A stretch of 64,000 nucleotides of DNA from Balanoglossus misakiensis. Its lineage: Eukaryota > Animalia > Hemichordata. The DNA is taken from NCBI GenBank assembly GCA_040954595.2, contig CM082591.2:10123309-10187308 (forward strand). The letters are read 5' to 3'. A program made the translations under genes and the position numbers. Positions 55,066-64,000 of the stretch are shown here, piece by piece; position 1 is the first letter of the stretch; every line of letters starts with the position of its first letter. Below the pieces are notes generated by a model. It saw nothing but the letters and a program-made list of their open reading frames with translations, made no database searches and was not told the origin of the DNA.

Positions 55066-55318
55066 GGGACTGTTCAGAATTTACTTCCAAGTTGGGGATG
55101 GAGGATTTTTTATTTTCCTGGTGATTTTTTTCCATGGTCTCCCCTAGTAAATTGTGGAGAAAATATGTGGTTCCTCCTTAAATTTCCTGGGGATTTTCCA
55201 TGGTCCCCCTATTGTGACTTTTATGTCTAGTCTCCCCTAATTTGTCTTGGAGAAAATGGGTGGTCCCCCCCCCCTCTGAAAATTCTCCGCCCCCGGGAAG
55301 TAAATTCTGAACAGTCCC
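55066..55318. mobile_element. Last copy of the PIF/Harbinger-like MITE
   Basis: TTA|GGGACTGTTCAG...CTGAACAGTCCC|TTA. Confidence 0.8.
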
Positions 55319-55422
55319 TTATTAAAGCCAACAGCTAGCACCCTGGCTTCTCTGCCAGAGGAGCGATAACATCGACAAAATGCAGATACACAAGAAATGA
55401 GCACTTTATTCCACAAGCGAAG

Positions 55423-55510
55423 TAGTCTGTTCCCTGCCCCATTCCCACCGCTGGCTGCGCCCTTTAGCGTAGCGCCGATGGCAGTGGGAATGGGGCAGGG
55501 GACCAGACTA
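55423..55510. mobile_element. Last copy of the 88-bp fold-back element
   Basis: TAGTCTG...CAGACTA with flanks CAAGCGAAG / CAAGTGAAG. Confidence 0.7.
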
Positions 55511-56049
55511 CAAGTGAAGAACCCCAGTAACAGACGTAACGAACAAACAAACTACATGTACTAACAACAAAGCAAGAAAAGTGTCAAGCGTCGTCAAAGA
55601 AAACGAAACAGTTCTAGCATGGTTGGTAAAAGTTATTGGTAGAAAACGAATAGGGCCTTCTACAAATGACGTCTCAGACCCGAAAACGCCACCAGAACAC
55701 AAAACACATGCACAGAACAGTTTAAGCCGGTTGTTGTATGGAGCAGCAATAATCTGCGGTTGGGCCGTCGTCGATTTTCGCTGGTGGTGAAAATAAATAA
55801 AACACGATCGATGTTCGATTTATTCCAGATCACATGCGTTTACGGCCAGGAGAGAGCATAAAAGTCTTCAAATGACCATGTGGTGGCGCACTTTTTCCGA
55901 TTGGCTGTATTTCAATTTGTTCGTGGTAAATTAATGTTGTGGAGGTGACCGGCACTGAAGCTCTTAGCTAGGATGAGGTGGGATGGAAAAATGCCCCATT
56001 TTAGCTGTTTTAAAATATACGACTATTTATAGACAAAAGGAAAATAAAA

Positions 56050-57615
56050 ATATAGCTGCAAGCAGCAATGACGGGCCCAAGCTTAAGACGAAGGTCAAAG
56101 GTCATAAGTGGTCACCCAAAATTTTGGCAAGAAATTTTGACCCCATACTGGTCCGTGTCCCACAAGAACAAAATCTCTAGCCCTATTGGTTCGCCTACAA
56201 TTAGGTATGCGCATAATTAATGAGGAAAAGTGTAAGGCTCCACCAGGAGTTCCATCCCTCCAAATGCCAAGGCTGTATCTGCTGTGGCTGCCGAGATATG
56301 GTAAAGTAGGTCAAAGGTCACCTGAGGTCATGCAAAATTTGGGCAAGTAATTTTGACCCTATACTGGTCCATGTTCAACAAAAACCAAACCTATAGCCCT
56401 ATTGGTAAGCCTGGAATTAGGTATGCACATAATTAATGAGGTAGGCAGGTGTCACAGGTGACCCCCAATTTTGCCTTTTCAATTTTAGTCCTAACCCACC
56501 AAATGCAAGTCTGTACCTGCTCTAGATGCCAAGATCTGGTAAAGTAGGTCAAAGGTCACCTGAGGTCATACAAAATGTGGGCAAAAAATTTTGACCCCAT
56601 ACTGGTCCATGTTCAACAAAAACCAAACCTATAGCCCTATTGGTTAGCCTGGAATTAGGTATGCACATAATTAATGAGATATGCAGGTGTCACAGGTGAC
56701 CCCCATTTTGGCTTTTCAACTTTAGTCCCAACCCTCCAAACGCCAAGTCTGTACCTGCTCTGGATGCCGAGATATAGGAAAGTAGGTCAAAGGTCACCTG
56801 GGGTCACCCAAAATTTGGGCAAGAAATTTTGACCCTATACTGGCCCATGTCCCACAAGAACAAAACCTCTAGCCCTCTTAGTTAGCCCAGAATTAGGTAT
56901 GCACATAATTAATGAGTTAAGCAGGTGTTACAGGTGAGCCTAAAATTGTGCCTTTTATTTTGGTGCTATTGTGCTCACTGATAGACAATCACTGTACAGG
57001 ACTATTGCACAGACGAGAATTCCACAATGAGACATGGACATAGCTTAACCATAGAGGTATAAGTAAAGGTAAGAATTTAATAAAACAAATTAATATAAAA
57101 AAATCGGTCGATTTTTCATATTATTTTTTTTCAATTAAAATTATTGACAAATGCTAGGCTAGCTGCACACCAAAGTTGAAGATGATCGGCCTAACAGATT
57201 TTGAGATATGTATGCATATTTATCCAAAATAATATGTGGTCATAGCTTAACTATGTAAAGTATAGGCACATGGCTTGGGCGAAAAATATGAAAAATAATA
57301 CTTAAAAATCTTCTTCTCAAAATTGACATGGCCTATGGCCTTGACATTTGGCATGTACAACCCTGGACATATGGCCCACAAAGTATCTTAACAGAATTTT
57401 GATATCTCCATTCATATGCAAATTAGGCCAATTTGAAAATTTTGCCCATATATGGTCATCAGGTCACGTGACTAATTAAACATTCACAAGGGTACAGCAC
57501 TAGCTCTCATTGGCCTGCACCATTGTGCCAAGTTTGTAATTGGTAGGTATAGCCGTTTTCCAGATCTAGCTGGCCGAAAAAACTGCACAAGAAAAAAAAG
57601 AAGAAGTAGAAGAAA
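56050..57615 (-). mobile_element. Non-autonomous Helentron-like (HINE-type) element E1, subfamily A; palindromic end missing
   Basis: On + it starts ATATAGCTGCAAGCAGC (short stem-loop GCTGC/GCAGC), followed by the subterminal GGGCCCAAGC. It has four AGGTCAAAGGTCA-containing internal units (56092, 56308, 56546, 56784) and a unique body at ~56940-57590, and ends in an (AAG)n tract abutting E2. Confidence 0.7.
56092..56940. repeat. Internal satellite-like tandem repeat of E1 (216- and 238-bp units)
   Basis: The motif AGGTCAAAGGTCA is spaced 216, 238 and 238 bp. Units share TTTTGACCCTATACTGGTCCATG and GGAATTAGGTATGCACATAATTAATGAG. Confidence 0.9.
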
Positions 57616-59298
57616 ATATAGCTGCAAGCAGCAATAGCGGGCCCAAGCCAACATAGCACATAGCAATATAGCAATTAGCATATCTGCTCTGGATGCCAAG
57701 ATATGGTAAAGTAGGTCAAAGGTCACCTGAGTTCCTGCAAAATTTGGGCAAGAAATTTTGACCCTATACTGGTCCATGTTCAACAAAAACCAAACCTATA
57801 ACCCTATGGATTAGCCTGGAATTGGGTATGCACATAATTAATGAGATATGCAGGTGTCACAGTTGACCCCCAATTTAGCCATTTCAATTTTAGTCCCAAC
57901 CCTCCAAACGCCAAGTCTGTACCTGCTCTGAATGCCAAGATCTGGTAAAGTAGGTCAAAGGTCATCTGAGGTTATACAAAATTTGGGCAAGAAATTTTGA
58001 CCCTATACTGGTCCATGTTCAACAAAAACCAAACCTATAACCCTATTGGTTAGCCTGGAATTAGGTATGCACATAATTAATGAGGTAAAGTGTAAGACTC
58101 CATTGGGAGTTCCATCCCTCTGAATGCAAAGTCTGTACCTGATCTGGATGCCAAGATATAGGAAAGTAGGTTAAAGGTCACCTGAGGTCACCCAAAATTT
58201 GGGCAAAATTTGTTGACCCTATACTGGTCCATGTCTCACAAGAACAAAACCTCTAACCCTCTTAGTTAGCCCGGAATTAGGTATGCACATAATTAATGAG
58301 GTAGGCAGGTGTCACAGGTGACCCAAATTTTGGCTTTTCAATTTCAGTCCCAACCCTCGAAACGGCAAGTCTGTACCTGCTCTGGATGCCGAGATATAGG
58401 AAAGTAGGTCAAAGGTCACCTGAGGTCACCCAAAATTTGGGCAAAAATTTCTGACCCCATACTAGTCCATGTCACACAAGAACAATACCTCTAGCCCTAT
58501 TTGTTTCCCCGGAATTAGATATGCACATAATTAATGAGTTAAGCAGGTGTTACAGGTGAGCCCAAAATTGTGCCTTTTATTTTGGTCCCATTCTGCACAC
58601 GGGCCAATAGACAGTCAGTGTACAGGACCATTGCACAGGCCAGAATTCTACAATAAGACGTGGACATAGCTTAACCATAGAGGTATAAGTAATAGTATAA
58701 ATTTCATTAAAAAATTAATATAAAAAAATCGGTCGATTTTTCATATTAATTTTTTTCGCTTAAAATTATTGGCAAATGCTAGGCTACCTGCACACCAAAG
58801 TTGGAGTTGATCGGCCCAACCGATTTTTAGATATGACTGCATATTCATCCAAAATAATATGTGGTCAAAGCTTGTATAGTCAAAGCTATGTATAGTATAG
58901 GCCGATGGCTTGGGCGAAAAATATGAAAAATAATACTTAAAAATCTTCTTCTCAAAATTTACAAGGCCTATGGCCTTGACATTTGGCATGTAGAACGCTG
59001 ACCTCATGGTCCACAAAAGTTGCTAAAAGAATTTTGATATCTCCATGCATATGCTAATAAGGCCGATTTGAAAATTTTGCCCATATATGGTCATCAGGTC
59101 ACATGACTAATTAAACATTCACAATGGTACTGCACCAGCTGTCATTGGCCTGCACCATTGTGCCAAATTTGAGATTTGTGGGTTCAGCCATTTTCCAGAT
59201 CTAGCTGGCCGATAAAACGACACAAGAAGAAGAAGAAGAAGTAGAAGAAAAAAGCCAGTAATACCAATAGGGCCCAAGCCTGCTGGGCTTGGGCCCTA
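57616..59298 (-). mobile_element. Non-autonomous Helentron-like element E2, subfamily A, apparently complete
   Basis: Same left end as E1. Internal units lie at 57713, 57952, 58168 and 58406, with (AAG)n at ~59224-59248. Terminal palindrome TAGGGCCCAAGCC-TGCTG-GGCTTGGGCCCTA (59268-59298) has arms that match the subterminal GGGCCCAAGC at the other end. Flanked by A-runs. Confidence 0.78.
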
Positions 59299-59301
59299 AA
59301 A

Positions 59302-60694
59302 ATATAGCTGCAAGCAGCAATGGCGGGCCCAAGCCAACATAGCACATAGCAACATAGCAATAAGCATATCTGCTCTGGATGCCAAGATACGGTTAAGTAG
59401 GTCAAAGGTCACCTGAGGTCATGCAAAATTTCGGCGCGAAATTTTGACCCTATACTGGTCAATGTTCAACAAAAACCAAAACTATAGCCCTATTGGTTAG
59501 CCTGGAATTAGGTATGCACATAATTAATGAGGTAGGCAGGTGTCACAGGTGACCCTCAATTTTGGCTTTTCAATTTTAATCCCAACCCTCCAAACGCCAA
59601 GTCTGTACCTGCTCTGGATGCCAAGATCTGGTAAAGTAGGTCAAAGGTCACCTGAGGTCATGCAACATTTGGGCATGAAATTTTGACCCTATACTGGTCC
59701 ATGTTCAACAAAAACCAAACCTATAGCCCTATTGGTTAGCCTGGAATTAGGTATGCACATAATTAATGAGATATGCAGGTGTCACAGGTGACCCCCATTT
59801 TGGCTTTTCCATTTTAGTCCCAACCCTCCAAATGCCAAGTTTGTACCTGCTCTGGATGCCGAGATAAAGGAAAGTAGGTCAAAGGTCACCTGAGGTCACC
59901 CAAAATTTGGGCAAGAAATTTTGACCCTGTACTGGTCCATGTCCCACAAGAACGAAACCTCTAGCCCTCTTAGTTAGCCCAGAATTAGGTATGCACATAA
60001 TTAATGAGTTAAGCAGGTGTTACAGGTGAGCCTAAAATGTTGCCTTTTATTTTGGTGCCATTGTGCTCACTGACCAATAGACAGTCACTGCACAGACCAG
60101 AATTCCACAATAAGACATGGACATAGCTTAACCATAGAGGTATAAGTAAAGGTATAAATTTAATAAAAAAATTAATATAAAAAAATCGGTCGATTTTTCA
60201 TATTATTTTTTTTTGCTTAAAATTATTGACACATGCTAGGCTAGCTGCACACCAAAGTTGGAGATGATCGGCCTAACAGATTTTGAGATATGTATGAATA
60301 TTTATCCAAAATAATATGTGGTCATAGCTTTACTGTGTAAAGTATAGGCCCATGGCTTGGGCGAAAAATATGAAAAATAATACTTAAAAATCTTCTTCTC
60401 AAAATTGACATGGCCTATGGCCTTGACATTTGGCATGTAGAACCCTGGCGATATGGTCCACAAAGTATGTTAACAGAATTTTGATATGGCAATTCATATG
60501 CAAATTAGGCTAATTTGAAAATTTTGCCCATATATGGTCATCAGGTCACATGACTAATTACACATTCACAAGGGTACTGCACCAGCTCTCATAGGCCTGC
60601 ACCATTGTGCCAAATGTGAGATTTGTAGGGTCAGCCGTTTTCAAGATCTAGCTGGACAAAAAAACGACACAAGAAGAAGAAGAAGAAGAAGAAG
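59302..60694 (-). mobile_element. Non-autonomous Helentron-like element E3, subfamily A; palindromic end missing
   Basis: Starts ATATAGCTGCAAGCAGCAATGGCGGGCCCAAGC, has three internal units (59399, 59638, 59876) and a body homologous to E1/E2, and ends in (AAG)8 at 60671-60694. Confidence 0.72.
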
Positions 60695-62124
60695 ATTAAA
60701 GCTGCAAGCAGCATTGTCGGGCCCAAGCGCTGATCTTGAATTATATATGCACAGTATGAATGAGAAGAAACAGAATTTTCTATCGGGTGTATTATCTCAT
60801 GACATAACAAGGGCGTATGTATTTTTGCTGCTGAAATAGGGTAAAGTAGGTCAAAGGTCACCTGAGGACATCCAACATTTGGGCAAAAATTTTTGACCCA
60901 TGCTGGGCCATGTCCAACAAAAAACCAAAACTCTAGCTCTATTGGTTCGCGTGTAATTAGGTATGTGCATATTTAATGAGGTCAGCAGGTGTCACAGGTG
61001 ACCCAAAAATTTGGCTTTACATTTAGGTCCCATCCTGCCAAATGCCAAGGCTGTATCTGCTCTGGATGTTGAGATATGCGAAAGCAGGTCAAAGGTCACC
61101 AGAGGTCACCCAACATTTGGGCAAAAAATTTTGATCCCATACTGGTCCATGGCCAACAAAAACCAAACCTCTAGCTCTATTGGTTCGCCTGTAATTAGCT
61201 ATGCACATAATTAATGAGGTCAGCAGAGGTCAAAGGGGTCATGGAAAGTAGCAAAATATTTTGATCACACACTTGTCCACATGCATCAAAAACCAAACAT
61301 CTAGCCCTATAGGTTAGCCTGGAATTAGATATGCAGAAAAAATAACATGTGAAAAGTAGGTCAAAGGTCATGTGAAAAATCGCCAAAAATTTGTATCATA
61401 TTTTAGTCACATGACGATTGATATCCATACAAAGAATTTCTATGTTATCAATTTTTAGACTAGAAAAAGGAATTTCAATTTTTCGATGCTTTTTACAAAT
61501 TCCAATATGGCCGCCATAATCTTCGACCAATCACAATGATCTTTGCAAACTTGATAGACATCAGTGTAGTGACCATACTCCCCGAATCTTGTGACTCAGT
61601 TATCGCCCGTTCTGGAGAAGAAGATTTTGGGAGTTTTACTATGGTTTTTCGAAAATCCAATATGGCCGCCAAAATCTTCGACCAATCACAATGATCTTCG
61701 CAAACTTGATAGACCTCAGTTAGGTGACCCCATACCCCAAACCGCGTGACTCCGTTATCGCTGGTTCTGGAGAAGAAGATTTTTGAAATATAAGCCAGAT
61801 TTCAGAAAAAAAATTGTAGCAAAAAACTGCAACTTTTTCAGCATAATTTCCAATTACAAAAATGATGGGCAGAAGGTAGTCTACCAGCATGCCAAATTTG
61901 AAGTCGATCTGACTTGTAGTTTCTGAGATCTGAGATTTGCATTTTTTCAGAAAATCCAAGATGGCCGCCAGGTCACGTGACTAATTAAAAATTCAAGGGT
62001 TCAATGCACGACTACTCATTGACCTTGACCACTGTAGCAAGTTTCAGAAGTGTACCTGCATCGGTGTCTGAGATCTCGTGGGTCAAAGAATTGACACAAG
62101 AATAAAGAAAGAAAGAAAGAAAGA
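60695..62124 (-). mobile_element. Non-autonomous Helentron-like element E4, subfamily B; palindromic end missing
   Basis: Starts ATTAAAGCTGCAAGCAGCATTGTCGGGCCCAAGC and has a related 238-bp repeat (60848, 61086). Its body is different, with 155-bp-spaced TCCAATATGGCCGCC units (61501, 61656). Ends in (AAAG)n at ~62104-62123. Confidence 0.7.
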
Positions 62125-63291
62125 ATTAAAGCTGCAAGCAGCATTGTCCGGGCCCAAGCTCTATTATCTGATCTGATGCTGATATAGTGTTAAGTAGGTC
62201 AAAGGTCACCTGAGGTCACCCAACATTTGGGCAAAATATTTTGACCCCATACTGGTCCATGTATAACAAAAACAAAACCTCTAGGTCTATTGGTTCATCT
62301 GTAATTAGGTATGTGCATATTTAATGAGGTCAGCAGAGGTCAAAGGGGTCATGAAAAGTAGCGAAATTTTTTGATCACATACAAATCCACATACATCAAA
62401 AACCAAAATGATAGCCTTAAAGGTTAGCCTGGAATTAGATATGCAGAAAAATGATGCGTCAAAAGTAGGTCAAAGGTCATTGCCAAAATTACCAAAATAT
62501 TTATAGCTTATTCTTGGCATATGATGATTCATATCCATAAAAAGAATTTCTGTGCTATCAATTTTTAGGCTAGAAAGGTAATTTTTACTTTTTAATCGTT
62601 TTTCACAAAATCCAATATGGCCGCCATAATCTTTGACCAATCACATTCCCCTTCGCAAACTTGTTAGACATCTGTTTAATAACCACACACACCAAATCTT
62701 GTGACTCGGTTATCGCCGGTTCTTGAGAAGAAGATTTTTGAAATTTTACTAGGGTTTTTCGAAAATCCAATATGGCCGCCAAAATCTTCGACCAATCACA
62801 ATGATCTTCGCAAACTTGATAGACATCAGTTAGGTGACCACATACACCAAACCCTGTGTCTCGGTTATTGCCGGTTCTGGAGAAGAAGATTTTTGAAATT
62901 TAAGCCAGATTTCAGAAAAAAAATTGTAGCAAAAAACTGCAACTTTGTCAGCATAATTTCCAATTACAAAAATGATGGGCAGAAGGTAGTCTACCAGCAT
63001 GCCAAATTTGAAGTCGATCTGACTTGTAGTTTCTGAGATCTGATATTTGCATTTTTTTAGAAAATCCAAGATGGCTGCCAGGTCACGTGACTAATTAAAA
63101 ATTCAAGGGTTCAATGCACGACTACTCATTGACCTTGACCACTGTAGCAAGTTTCAGAAGTGTACCTGCAGCGGTGTCTGAGATCTCGTGGGTCAAAGAA
63201 TTGACACAAGAATAAAGAAAGAAAGAAAGAAAGAAAGTAAAATTCCAACGAAACCAATACGGGCCCAAGCCTGGCTTGGCTTGGGCCCGTA
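62125..63291 (-). mobile_element. Non-autonomous Helentron-like element E5, subfamily B, apparently complete
   Basis: Same left end as E4 and a body homologous to E4 (units at 62611 and 62766), with (AAAG)n at ~63214-63237. Terminal palindrome TACGGGCCCAAGCC-TGGCTT-GGCTTGGGCCCGTA at 63258-63291. Confidence 0.78.
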
Positions 63292-64000
63292 ATTAAAGCT
63301 GCAAGCAGCATTGTCCGGGCCCAAGCTCTATTATCTGATTTGATTATTAGATATGCACATAATTAATGAGTAGAAACATAATGTTGTGTTTTATCCCATG
63401 AAATATCAAGGTTATATCTAGGTTTGGTGTTGACATAGTGTTAAGTAGGTCAAAGGTCACCCAGAGGTCACCAATTATTTGGGCAGTATATTTTGACCCA
63501 TAGTGGTCCATGTCCAACAAAAACCAGACCTCTAGCCCTTTTGGTTAGCCCGGAATTATGTATGCACATAAATAATGAGTTAAGCAGGTGTCACAGGTGA
63601 CCCAAAACTTTGGCTTTCATTATGGCCCCATACCTCCAAACGCCAAGGCTGTACCTGCTTTGGATGCCGAGATATGCAAAAGTAGGTCAAAGGTCATCTG
63701 AGGTCACCCAAAATTTGGGCAAGAAAATTTTGACCCATAGTGGTCCATGTCCAACAAAAACCAGACCTCTAGGTCTATTGGTTCATCTGTAATTAGGTAT
63801 GCGCATATTTAATGAGGTCACCAGAGGTCAAAGGGGTCATGAAAAGTAGCAAAATTTTTTGATCACATACAAATCCACATACATCAAAAACCAAACTTAT
63901 AGCCCTATTGGTTAGCCTGGAATTAGATATGCAGAAAAATGATGCGTCAAAAGTAGGTCAAAGGTCATTGCCAAAATTACCAAAATATTTATAGGTTATT
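63292..64000 (-). mobile_element. Non-autonomous Helentron-like element E6, subfamily B, running off the window
   Basis: Starts ATTAAAGCTGCAAGCAGCATTGTCCGGGCCCAAGC, with internal units at 63447, 63684 and 63955. The segment 63770-64000 matches E5 at 62280-62510. Confidence 0.7.

Larger units (their letters stand above)
1..56049. repeat. Macrosatellite: tandem array of a ~2.5-kb monomer, ~22.3 copies, open at the left window edge
   Basis: The same anchor (AAAAGTGTCAAGCGTCG or a 1-nt variant) recurs at 373, 2895, 5406, 7904, 10401, 12920, 15437, 17958, 20474, 22990, 25508, 28024, 30542, 33061, 35579, 38095, 40615, 43129, 45645, 48158, 50675, 53081 and 55581. Copies differ only by scattered SNPs and small indels. 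Similarity stops abruptly after ...GACAAAAGGAAAATAAAA at ~56049. Confidence 0.99.

Noticed and set aside
300-55790. Recurring 60-95 aa ORFs in every monomer (MSSVVKENEK..., MAGFNINSS..., MISRPIRM..., and others)
   Set aside because: They are short, many have GTG/TTG starts and they overlap on both strands with no recognisable domain. They appear and disappear with homopolymer length, stops and indels between monomers. Recurrence only reflects the DNA repeat.
57440-57475. Minus-strand CTGATGA-CCATATATGG in subfamily A elements, a possible hammerhead
   Set aside because: The stem is followed by GCAAA rather than the required GAAA, and no stem III/UH cleavage site is evident.
56092-60060. Regularly spaced repeats as a CRISPR-like array
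   Set aside because: The intervening sequences are homologous rather than unique spacers, the period is over 200 bp, there are no cas genes and the context is eukaryotic.
57484-63792. ORFs of 60-111 aa in the Helentron-like cluster
   Set aside because: They cross element junctions and microsatellites (poly-F/L from AAG repeats). No Rep HUH/Y2 or helicase motifs are present.

Overview
This is eukaryotic, repeat-only DNA, probably from a marine invertebrate (inferred from repeat style only). No supportable protein-coding, rRNA, tRNA or CRISPR feature was found. Positions 1 to ~56049 are a macrosatellite of ~22.3 head-to-tail, near-identical copies of a ~2.5-kb monomer (anchor spacing mostly 2497-2522 bp, one of 2406 bp). 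Each monomer carries two small transposon relics. One is a ~255-bp PIF/Harbinger-type MITE (24-bp TIRs, TTA target-site duplication). The other is an 88-bp fold-back element TAGTCTG...CAGACTA flanked by a 9-bp duplication CAAGTGAAG (AcademH-like). Each monomer also has a (CAAA)n tract and several hairpins. Diagnostic variants reveal a ~12.6-kb higher-order duplication and patchy exchange between monomers. At ~56050 the array is cut mid-monomer in an A-run by six abutting non-autonomous Helentron-like (HINE-type) elements of two subfamilies. These have terminal hairpins, subterminal GGGCCCAAGC repeats, (AAG)n/(AAAG)n tracts and internal 216/238-bp and 155-bp repeats rich in nuclear-receptor-type motifs. 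All ORFs in the supplied track look like incidental products of the repeats.
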